Positions 53,325 through 64,000 of a stretch of 64,000 bases of DNA are shown here, one piece after another; the stretch's first letter is position 1; the number at the start of each line of letters is the position of its first letter. Made by a program: the position numbers and the translations under genes. The notes beneath the pieces are model-generated. The model was not told the DNA's origin. It ran no database searches and saw nothing but the letters and a program-made list of their open reading frames with translations. Source of the DNA: Ylistrum balloti (Eukaryota); assembly GCF_031769215.1 (NCBI RefSeq), contig NW_026781911.1:310001-374000 (forward strand), read 5' to 3'.

Positions 53325-55645
53325 GGATTTTCACAGAGAATCTTGAAAAGTACGAGAACAAGACCATGTGTTCTGGAAGAGTAAAGCGTCTTCTATTTCA
53401 ACGACAAAAGCCATTTAAATTTTGGTCAATCCATGTAAGTAATGTCATGTCCTCAAATTAGAACAAGGTGTACAACAACGGAACCAACAGCCTAATTAAC
53501 GAGCATCAAACACGTCCAGCTTCATATCACAAAGAAACAGGATATTTCTCAATGATTAGAACAAGGTGTACAACAACGGAACCAACAGGTTAATTAACGA
53601 GCATCAAACACGACTAGCTTCATATCACAAAGAAACAGGATATTTCTCAATGATTAGAACAAGGTGTACAACAACGGAACCAACAGGTTAATTAACGAGC
53701 ATCAAACACGACTAGCTTCATATCACAAAGAAACGGGATATTTCTCAATGATTAGAACAAGGTGTACAACAACGGAACCAACAGTTTATTAACGAGCATC
53801 AAACACGACTAGCTTCATATCACAAAGAAACAGGATATTTCTCAATGATTAGAACAATGTGTACAACAACGGAACCAACAGTTTATTAACGAGCATCAAA
53901 CACGTCCAGCTTCATATCACAAAGAAACAGGATATTTCTCAATGATTAGAACAAGGTGTACAACAACGGAACCAACAGGTTAATTAACGAGCATCAAACA
54001 AGACTAGCTTCATATCACAAAGAAACAGGATACTTCTCAATGATTAGAACAAGGTGTACAACAACGGAACCAACAGGTTAATTAACGAGCATCAAACACG
54101 ACCAGCTTCATATCACAAAGAAACAGGATATTTCTCAATGATTAGAACAAGGTGTACAACAACGGAACCAACAGGTTAATTAACGAGCATCAAACACGAC
54201 TAGCTTCATATCACAAAGAAACAGGATATTTCTCAATGTTTAGAACAAGGTGTACAACAACGGAACCAACAGGTTAATTAACGAGCATCAAACACGACTA
54301 GCTTCATATCACAAAGAAACAGGATATTTCTCAATGATTAGAACAAGGTGTACAACAACGGAACCAACAGGTTAATTAACAAGCATCAAACACGACCAGC
54401 TTCATATCACAAAGAAACAGGATATTTCTCGATGATTAGAACAAGGTGTACAACAACGGAACCAACAGGTTAATTAACAAGCATCAAACACGACCAGCTT
54501 CATATCACAAAGAAACAGGATATTTCTCGATGATTAGAACAAGGTGTACAACAACGGAACCAACAGGTTAATTAACAAGCATCAAACACGACCAGCTTCA
54601 TATCACAAAGAAACAGGATATTTCTCGATGATTAGAACAAGGTTTACAACAACGGAACCAACAGGTTAATTAACGAGCATCAAACACGACTAGCTTCATA
54701 TCACAAAGAAACAGGATATTTCTCAATGTTTAGAACAAGGTGTACAACAACGGAACCAACAGGTTAATTAACAAGCATCAAACACGACTAGCTTCATATC
54801 ACAAAGAAACAGGATATTTCTCAATGATTAGAACAATGTGTACAACAACGGAACCAACAGGTTAATTAACAAGCATCAAACACGACCAGCTTCATATCAC
54901 AAAGAAACAGGATATTTCTCAATGATTAGAACAAGGTGTACAACAACGGAACCAACAGGTTAATTAACAAGCATCAAACACGACCAGCTTCATATCACAA
55001 AGAAACAGGATATTTCTCAATGATTAGAACAAGGTGTACAACAACGGAACCAACAGGTTAATTAACGAGCATCAAACACGACCAGCTTCATATCACAAAG
55101 AAACAGGATATTTCTCGATGATTAGAACAAGGTGTACAACAACGGAACCAACAGGTTAATTAACAAGCATCAAACACGACCAGCTTCATATCACAAAGAA
55201 ACAGGATATCTCTCAATGATTAGAACAAGGTGTACAACAACGGAACCAACAGGTTAATTAACGAGCATCAAACACGACCAGCTTCATATCACAAAGAAAC
55301 AGGATATTTCTCAATGATTAGAACAAGGTGTACAACAACGGAACCAACAGGTTAATTAACAAGCATCAAACACGACTAGCTTCATATTACAAAGAAACAG
55401 GATATTTCTCGTTGAGATCACTACGACAACTGAAAACTTGACCATAATTTTCATCAACACGCATTTTTTAAAATCCTGTGTTACGACTTCTTGTACGAAA
55501 ATCGCGATGATGGGAACAGGCTCTTGAATACCAAATCAATTGCAACATGTCAACATCATAGGTAGGGATGCAGAGATGCCTTTTGCTCTTCAGAAATAGA
55601 AAATTCACAATAGGGGAAATTGAAATTATCACGCTTATTACCAAG
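53325..55645 (-). mobile_element. Third PLE copy (5'-truncated) carrying an internal 98-bp satellite
   Basis: The minus strand at 55530-55640 reads KRDNFNFPIVNFLFL...LQLIWYSRACSHHRDF. 53325-53450 matches the PLE 3' tail. Confidence 0.85.
53452..55410. repeat. 98-bp satellite, 20 copies
   Basis: gaacaa(g/t)g recurs from 53461 to 55321 at 98-bp spacing, and the units are nearly identical. Confidence 0.97.
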
Positions 55646-58014
55646 TATGAACTGAAATTGAGCTAGGTATAAAAAAGAATGAAATGAAATTGAGTTCGGT
55701 ACTAAATAGGATCATTCTAGATTGAAAGAGATATTTTAATTTGATAGAAGTATATTTAGTTCCACATTCTCAACGAAAGTTCCTGCTAAATATCACGCAA
55801 TTTATTGAAATATCTTTAAAATAATGTATGTGCCACTGGTAATGAATCTGTGACCATAAAAGGACATGTGTTAGACTGTGATGTTTCATTTTACACTGGT
55901 AATAAATACAGCGAGTTTTAGTTTACAGGGTAAATTCCCGAAATATGTGGCGACAGTCACGTGGTGTACATAAGCAAATATAGTTAAGTGATTTTACATT
56001 AATTATCAAATGATGACCTTTGTACGATATTGTGTAACTCTGATACACTATCACATGTATTCGAGCGAGGTTCAAGTCCAACTTCATATCAGCGTGCCTG
56101 GCACGGCAATACATTACATTAGTGAAATGTTATGTCGTGTTTTGTGGTTTAGAATAGGTATAGTGGACTGGAATGTATAATTAAGGTCCGATAGATTGGA
56201 AATTGAAATATTACACGTAATACGCTGCTAATAACATTTGAAGTAGAAAGTAGGATTTTGATTTAGCGTTAAAGGAAACTGTTCATGTTTTCATTATGAT
56301 GCCGGCATCTTAAACTCAGTTGTATTTTATTGAACTCTGTTGAACATTTACTGTGTTCAGTGAAATAATAAAATTACACTGAAGACTTACCGTGAAAAAC
56401 CGTGTCACGAGTACTTGTTTAAAATGTATTGGTCCGGAAACTATAGTGGGGAGAGCGGTCACTGCTAAGGCTTTTGTTGGTTATTTACCTTAAACAATCC
56501 AAATTTATTGTTTCTCAATATTTCCAATGAAAAAAAATTACTAGGGAAGTATGTCTTCTAGGATTTACTGATCCTGTACCCAAAACTGAAAATCCACAAA
56601 CAATGAAGATGTGCATTTCATGTTCCTGGTTCGGGTTTTACGTCTAATGCGGACGTTTAATTATTACAATGCCGTTGAGAACGGGTCACGGCATGTTCTC
56701 ACAAAGTACTTTAAAACGCAAAGAATCATAAATTCTGTGTTATTTTATTTATTTTTTTTTGCATCATATTTTGTATACACAATTTTTATTGCATAATGAT
56801 TTTTCAAACTATGAACTCGTAAAAATGTTCAATAAACTTCGTACTTCAAACATTAGAAAAATGTATCTACAAATGCACACTCTACTCACTGGGCATAAAG
56901 CACTCTCTCAATTCTTACGTTTTCTCCCTTAGTCTATGACATGTCTGGCATCTTTCACATGCCATATGTCTCTGTTAATTTCCCAACATACCTCATTCTA
57001 AAGCCTGTACAGTTTTGTATGCACTCTTCCCTCAATAGGTTGAACATAGAGCGGTTTGTACATGTTATTTACGCAACTCCAAGATCGACGAACTCCTAAA
57101 GGAGCATGTTGTCTTACTACTCCTTTACATCATCATTGGCATTATTCCTTATACCAAAAGAAAACAATTCAGGAAAATTCCACGCCAACTCCTCTTGGAT
57201 TCGACAGTGACCTTACAAGACTAGTAATGTGCTATATACACAGGGTCTGTGAAAGTGTGGAAAAAATCTGTATGCAAACCTCATTTAGTATTACTAATTG
57301 GTATATTGGGTGTGTTAACCCTACGTATCAAATTATGTTACATATACTTAATTGGTGCATTTCCTCATTATTATACTAACAATATCTATAGGTTCTCTCC
57401 TAACACCAGAATCGAGACAAATATATCAATTTCGACAATGAATTTAAGTCATTAATCAGTTCATGGTATGACGTGTATATGTAATCCTATGCCTAATGTT
57501 TGTGTCTACAAGTGCGAGTGTCTGATAAAACATTGTCTTAGCCCTATATAGCACTATGTGTATGATCACAAAGCACACCCTCTGATACTCTGTAAAGATA
57601 TATCGGTAATGATAATTTAGTAATAACTGTATACAAGAGATCCTGATAAATGTCTATTGCAGATCTATATCTATATCGTTGTCTATCCGTCATGTTTCCA
57701 TGGTGACACTTTATTTCTGTGGTTGGTTTGATTATGTGATTCTACTTGTTTTTTTGTGGTGTTGTAAAATCCTCAGTGTCACATATAAAATATTTGGCAG
57801 GATAGTGAAGCCACTAGTAAAATCACGGATAATCATAAGGGTAGTATTTTTCTGGAAGCTGCATCTGTAGGGCTGTCCGCTTCAAGTCTGACTGGCTCGG
57901 TGTCGGTAACTGAGAGTGGTTGTCATTGACTGGGTGTCCCCACATCTCCTGTCCTGTACTCTGCAATGACCTTGGTGACTTTATATCCTCTCTCGAGTTG
58001 GACAAAATATAAAG

Positions 58015-58032
58015 CTACGAAAAAGACTCATC
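58015..58032 (-). CDS. NFKBIA: IkB last coding exon (DESFS*)
   Basis: ctttacag acceptor, phase 0, then GAT GAG TCT TTT TCG TAG. The exon is short, so this is less certain. Confidence 0.65.
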   Translation of the reverse strand, partial: DESFS

Positions 58033-60141
58033 CTGTAAAGATGGAAAGACGATAATTGCATTATGTATTTTATAAACAATATTTCAAACGTATTGGAAAA
58101 TTTATGATATCATGACTATTGATAACCAATCACACTTACAAGATTGTACAAAATGGTTGTACAAATGTACAAAAGACACATTTAAATCATCACCAATTAT
58201 AACAACAAAACCAGCTAAATCTTCATCACAGGATTATCATTAGTGTTATTACCATGTCATCATCACTATCCGAGTCTTCCCGTGGGAGTTGGAATACTGC
58301 TCCAGCCTGCAAAAGCATTTGGACGATAGCGTTGTGTCCTCGACCTTGGGCAAGCATGAGAGGTGTCTGTCCTCCATATGTCCTTGCATCGACCCTGACC
58401 TTGTAATCCTGGAGGAGAAATGCCAGGAGTTGTGTGTTGTTTGTTTCGGCAGCATAATGCAATACCGTCCTTCCGCTCTTGCCGTCCTGTAACAAAATAT
58501 TAATTTTATAATATTGGAAATGATTACTTGCATTGCTACTTTAAAGGTTAATTTGTATGTTTGTAATCCAATCTTGAATTGTCAAGACACCATTTTATTT
58601 CAAAACTGAATACAAAAATTACATACAGATATCGAAATCAACCCAGTGACCCGTTCTGTATACTGAATGAGGTTTACTTATACAGAAAAGTGTTTTCCAC
58701 ATGAAAATCAAGTGTACGTACCATTGTGTTAATGTCTGACCCTTTGGACAATAGTTGCTTCAACACAACAAAATGTGAACTCTCTGCCGCGACATGTAGA
58801 CAAGTCTGGCCATTGTAATTTCGAAGTTCCAAATTTTGTGGAATTTTCTGGTAGGGGATCTTGTATGAATTCTGCAGAGTTTCTTCATATGATACAGGTT
58901 CTAAAAGTGATCTGACAGTCTCGTGATCGCCATTTCTGGACGCAATGTGAAGTGGGGTGTCGCCCCTATGGTCGCGGAAAGTCACGTCAGCTCCAGCAAC
59001 GATGAGACGTCTCACAATATTAGTCATTTTCATCATCACAGCCAGGTGAAGCACGGTTTGCATTAAATCGTTTTGTAAATTTAGGAAACCAAAATGTGGG
59101 ACAATTTTGATAAAGTATAAACACAGGAGAGGCATTTCTTGAATAATTGCCGAATGAAGCTGCCTGTAAAAATAAGACAAAAACATATATATCATCTGAC
59201 AATATGAACGTTGTATTTGATGTTTAGTATTGTAACACATTGGTTTACGGTATGTCTTTACTTTTAATTAAGACCAAAAAAACCCACATCAAATGTAACC
59301 AATTACTATTTTTATTTGATAATCTATGTTTATTTCTATTGTTTTCATTAACTTCTGTTGGCCTTAGCAACGAAAGTCTCGGCCCATGGGAGTTACATGT
59401 GTACAGGTACAGATTGTACAAAAGACACACATGTGAATTTTAAAACTGTTTCTTCAACTCTCTGAAAGGACAATGCATACAGTTATTAATACATAACTAC
59501 ATTGTATATTGTTACTTTTGTTCCATTTGATAACCGGGAAGAATATTCAAAAGCTTGCCACAAGTTGCACATTAAAGGAAATGTCATGTGACAATCTAAA
59601 CCAATGAAATACGAGTATCTTGGCCAACGATCTAGGCGTCTTTCTGTACGCGTCCGGAGATCAAACTTAATTAAAACACTAAAGTTCGGTGCCCTTTTGT
59701 TCGGTGCCCTTTTGGGTCAAAATGAACGGCAGAAGTGATAACTTACGTGTCACCTTCTCCGTCCTGTTCATAAACAATGTCCTCTTGACTGACTACGGGG
59801 CTAGTGGAGAGACACTGCTTAGGTTCAACCCTGCTTTCCTCAGTTAACTCACAAAAGCTGGTCTTCCCAACGCAAGAATCAAGATGCATATTCTGAAACT
59901 GCTTCCCTAAATCCTGGCTTTTAAAACTATCTCCAATACCAGAGTCATATCGTTCAGGACTAGTAATAGCTCCTTTCTGTGGAAATGAATGGGCATCAAC
60001 ATGACAGAAATTACTCTTAAAATGCGGTGCACAGTCTGGTTCTAAATCGTCACATTCCAAATCGTTAGAATCCAAATTTTGGGTTATGCACATATTTCCT
60101 CCACCAATTTCGAGGTCATTGCAATTGCAATTAGTTTCCAT
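58015..60141 (-). CDS. NFKBIA: IkB / cactus-like NF-kB inhibitor, 4 coding exons, about 362 aa
   Basis: N-terminal DSGIGDS phosphodegron. Ankyrin repeats GDTQLHSAII, QTVLHLAV, GDTPLHIA, GQTCLHVAA, GRTVLHYAA and GQTPLMLA. Acidic PEST-like tail EDSDSDDDMDESFS*. All introns are GT-AG and in phase. Exact orthology among IkB paralogues is not resolved. Confidence 0.93.
58253..58486 (-). CDS. NFKBIA: IkB coding exon 3 (ankyrin repeats 5-6 and PEST)
   Basis: gttacag|GAC GGC AAG ... GAC ATG|gtaata, 234 nt. Confidence 0.92.
58722..59163 (-). CDS. NFKBIA: IkB coding exon 2 (ankyrin repeats 1-4)
   Basis: ttttacag|G CAG CTT CAT ... AAC ACA ATG|gtacgt, 442 nt. Confidence 0.93.
59747..60141 (-). CDS. NFKBIA: IkB coding exon 1 (signal-response domain)
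   Basis: caaaATG start. Ends EGD-AC|gtaagt, 395 nt. Confidence 0.9.
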
Positions 60142-60362
60142 TTTGAACTATAGGTATAGCCACAAGCCAGGCTACGCACAAGTTGAAAGCAAATGGCGGA
60201 CTGCTAATATACACGGCTTCGACCAGCTGTCAAACTTGACAATATTTAGTCGGTAGACGATCACAGTAACTCCACAATGGAATATTATACTCGTTACACA
60301 CCACCAAATAAACTATTTCATATCACAGTTCCACAAATGAATATAAATGTCTGAAATTGACT

Positions 60363-60430
60363 GGAAATCCCCAAAAGCCATTAGGTCAGCCTCATTTTTG
60401 GTTTGGGAATTCCCACATGGGTTTTTCCCC
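60363..60430. promoter_or_regulatory. Cluster of three NF-kB (kB) sites upstream of IkB
   Basis: GGAAATCCCC at 60363-72 (reverse complement GGGGATTTCC), palindromic GGGAATTCCC at 60405-14, and GGGTTTTTCCCC at 60419-30. They lie 220-290 bp upstream of the ATG. Confidence 0.8.
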
Positions 60431-60929
60431 CGGTAAGGCGAGGCGTAGATCAACTGTTCATAAAAGTTTCCAAAGCAAAGTAGTCAGGAGATAAACCATC
60501 TCAAAACGTATGTAGATTGATACATTTACCAAAACAAATACGAATATCTTACCCGTTGTCACATAATGCTTCCAAAGCTAAGCCTCATAAAAACCTACTT
60601 TTCTGAAAAAATTGCTAAAATTGATTTAAGATATAAAGAGTTATTTCCCTTTTCCGGAAGAAGAAACCACGCAGCTATGGACATCACATCATTCTCCAAA
60701 CGTTCAGTGAAAAATGTTATTAAAGTCTGCTATGGACAACAGGGGAAAGAGTTTTGTATACAACAACCCCCAATCAATGTGGCCAAGTGTGGTATATATT
60801 TTTCATTGATTTATTTCGCACTTAATTTCCTTCATGGATGTATACCTCTACAAACTGTTCGCGTGATTCCTAGCGAATTCACTCCAGATCAGGTAAGCTT
60901 ACATGTTATTCCCACTAGCGGATCAAGAT

Positions 60930-60972
60930 GTGAGCCGCCCCGAGCCCGCCCCCTCTCTGCGCCCCACCCCAT
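60930..60972. promoter_or_regulatory. GC-box / KLF-SP motif cluster
   Basis: gagccgccccgagcccgccccctctctgcgccccacccc set in an AT-rich background. Confidence 0.45.
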
Positions 60973-61279
60973 CTTTTAACCTTTGCCAAATGACCATTTT
61001 GTGCGAAATGATAAACTGAAAATGTATAATCACACCTGCTTATTTGACAATCACCTCCGAACTGAGGACGTTATATGATAGTATTCGTATAGAAATAAAG
61101 GGGAAAAAAGTAGGGTTATGCCCCGAATTGGATCCTGAAAATCTGTTACTTTGTACTTTCATTGACAAATTTCTTCACTGAAGATGCTCTCTAGTTCTAA
61201 CTCCATTTAAGTACGTTAAATTGGACCTAAATGTTGCTTAATTATTCATATACAGTATGGTCCATTTATTCATTTTTAT

Positions 61280-61720
61280 TTTTTGGGTTACATGAGACCA
61301 AGTCTCAAGTGATCTATTGAGATCGCCTTTTGTCGGGCATCATCTGGTGTGTGTCGAGCGTCCTAAACAATTTACATTTTCAACTTCTTCTTAATAATCG
61401 AAAGGCCTAGGGTGCTGATATTGAGCCTTTAGTATGGTGGTGTGAGGGGCTACCAAGTTTGTTAAAATCAATGACCTTAACCCACTTTTGAGGTCACAGA
61501 GGCCAAATGTGTTTGAAGTCTTTAAACAATTTCTCAATAGTCAAAAGGTCCATAGTGCGGATATTGGGCATGTACTATGCTGGGATAAATGGCTACCAAG
61601 TTTGTCAAAATAAATGATGTTGCCCCCTTTTCAAGGTCACAGGGGTCAAATAGAGTAGAAACTCCTTATCTTGATATTCATGGGACAGTGGAAAATATTT
61701 TGACCTATCCAAATTCAACT
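61280..61720 (+). mobile_element. Degenerate HINE-like element (second family)
   Basis: T-rich start with a gagacc-aa-gtctc-like hairpin. Two diverged cores of about 150 bp (ggctaccaagtttg...aaggtcacaggggtcaaat). Confidence 0.55.
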
Positions 61721-62739
61721 GAAACAAAGTGTCCAAATAAGCATATCAGTTTCCTGACGTTCATTACAGTTGAACTAAGTAGGGGTACTATAGAATGTTG
61801 GTATAAACAGTGTAATGTAATCTGTTATTTAAAATAGCAGTAAATAAACAGAAACAAATAAATTTCTACTTTTTCCTTTTATTGTTTATTCATCCAAAAA
61901 AATGTAACAACAACAACAATTGAATACATTTGAACTCGTGTTGTTCCATCCCGCACACTTGTACACTACCCTTACTGACCAGGCACATATAGATCTATAG
62001 ATCATATATTTTGTGGAATGACAATAAAAAGAAAATAACTTTTGCTTTTGATGTGCTACTGAAAACAATGTATTAAGCTACAGATCTTATTGGTAGGAAC
62101 ATTATGAATAAATAAACATGAAAAACACCACACTATAGAGTTTTTATCTGTTATAGAAAACATTTTACAGGCACTAGACTTAACAAATTATGCAAAATAT
62201 AGATTCTATCAATGAGAGTCTATCAATGGAAAAATGCTTTCAGCACATCATTGTCAAAGCACTAAATCTAGCAAAGCGCCTGATCATAGTCCTGTAGTAA
62301 ACAAACTCAAAGCTTAGTTTCTCTCAGAGTTGTGGGGATCAGATTTTGTCTTTGTGCTGGTTTGATGGTTTCATTTTGATTCATCCTGAAGATGCACACA
62401 ACCAAGCTAAATGTTTTCATGTCTTGTGTAAACACACTACTCGTTTAACATACAGGTTAGTCATGACTATACGATAATGACATTAATTAATAAGCCAATT
62501 TTTAATTGAATAATTAAACTGGTAATTAATCGCCAAAGATCAAGTGTTGTGTGTACGATGGACCGATACACTATAATTAGCCAAGTGTTATACACAGGTG
62601 ACTTTCTACTCTGTTTATATATTGACTGATTTTGTCAAAAGTTATGCCAATGTTTTGACAAATTTAATTTTGAGAAAACAAATGACTTTTCCCTTGCTTT
62701 ACAATTGAAGGTCACTCGTACTCAAATTTTGATGCAGTG

Positions 62740-63080
62740 AAATTCAGGTCACCTGAACTAAAATTACACAGATATAGAAGGAAAAAATTTGGGATTTGGA
62801 AATTATTTCAACTCAAACGGAATTTGGACTCAAGCGATTTCCAGAGGAGTTTCAACTGCATGTTGAACTCTTTCAACAACTTTTTCTCAATAGCCAAAAG
62901 GCCAAGAGTGTTGATATTCCAAAGTCAAAGGGGTCAAATGTGTTGAAATCTTTAAACAACTCCTTCTCAATGATTAAAAGGCTCATAGTACCAATATTGT
63001 GCCTGTAACATGGTGGTTTGAAGGGCTACCAAGTTTGTTAAAATGTTTGACCTTGTCCCACTTCCAAGGTCACAGGTTTA
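62740..63080 (+). mobile_element. Another degenerate copy of the 61280 family
   Basis: Shares ctttaaacaa...ctcaat...aaaagg...catagt and gggctaccaagtttgttaaaat...aaggtcacagg. Confidence 0.5.
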
Positions 63081-64000
63081 CTTTTGCATTATATGTACAA
63101 TGTAATTAATGTTGTACAAAGTGTATTTTCTTTTGTAGACATTTACTTTGATTTTACCCAAAACTTAAAAACCAAACAATAGGAACCAAGAAAAACGGGC
63201 AAGCCACTAGTGCCTTTCTGACCCGAGTCAAATGCAGCTTAAATTTTAAGACACTGATGATGATTTCTATTTATCCTGCAATATAAATTGAAAATCAGAC
63301 AATCAAAACTGCAATAGTTTTAATCTTTATATACCTGACGTTGAAGTTATGCTGAATTTCAACATATGACATTTGCGAAAATTATAGTTCCAACTTTAAT
63401 GAATATAGCAGCGATTTTTTGAATTTTGTAAAACAACATATGAAATTGCTTATTTCAACAGTTATTTGTGTTGTTCAACACAATTTTTAGTAATTTCAGG
63501 AAGCAATTCTGTCAAATTATCGCACCTGCTAAAATACAACTGTTTTCAATCACTTCCAAATACAGCAAAAAGATATGGCAGGTGTATTCCGGCAGCACTA
63601 GTTGCAGGATAAAATTAATTACTAGCCACGCTATCCTGATTTCTTTCAGGCTTCCTCCTCCCAAGCCCTACTCTCCCGTGGACCCTACAACCCTGAGTGG
63701 CTACATCTCTCATTCAAGAAAAAAAAATTAGTCAGAATCTATTAAAAAACGGATGAGGTGGGGAGAAGGGGAGATTTTTCAGTTTTAGAAAAATTGTACC
63801 CTCTCTAACATGAAATCCTTGAACTTCCCCTGATTCCTACATCTATGCCAGCGGTAGATCTTCCCATATATAGTGTACATTTATTATGTATATTTGAGTA
63901 TATGACTGAAGAAGTGCACAATCAGTCCACACGACAAGTTGAATAATAGTCTTTATAGGTAAGGGTTTCGGGGTTAAATAAATGTGAAAGGACAGAGAAA

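Noticed and set aside
58226-58252. IkB ending at VITLMIIL* as given by the ORF track
   Set aside because: This is read-through into intron 3. A good donor (ATG|gtaata) and a downstream in-phase acceptor give DESFS* instead.
60566-60979. 137-aa plus-strand ORF upstream of IkB
   Set aside because: No recognisable domain, and it overlaps promoter-type motifs. It is most likely a chance ORF.

Overview
AT-rich metazoan genomic DNA, most likely a bivalve mollusc (inferred from the repeat families and the IkB style). It has one 147-N gap at 49262-49408. Two intron-containing genes can be rebuilt from splice sites and reading-frame continuity. (1) The 3' half of a two-pore channel TPC3 gene: + strand, 10 coding exons, 416-10336, including a U12-type AT-AC intron. 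(2) A complete IkB (cactus/NFKBIA-like) gene: - strand, 4 coding exons, 60141-58015, with a cluster of kB sites upstream. The rest is repeat-rich: many minisatellites, a 3x 1.23-kb tandem duplication, Helentron-type non-autonomous elements, SINE fragments and several Penelope-like (PLE) retroelement 3' ends. Most long ORFs in the supplied track are repeat artefacts. The best leads are: a 50-bp VNTR that copies the TPC3 splice acceptor plus 22 nt of exon and adds a donor-like site; a stand-alone, decaying CBP/p300-type TAZ zinc finger at 47412-47672 that the ORF track missed; a 98-bp satellite that arose from the last codons of a PLE reverse transcriptase; and a 63-codon in-frame extension behind the IkB stop codon.
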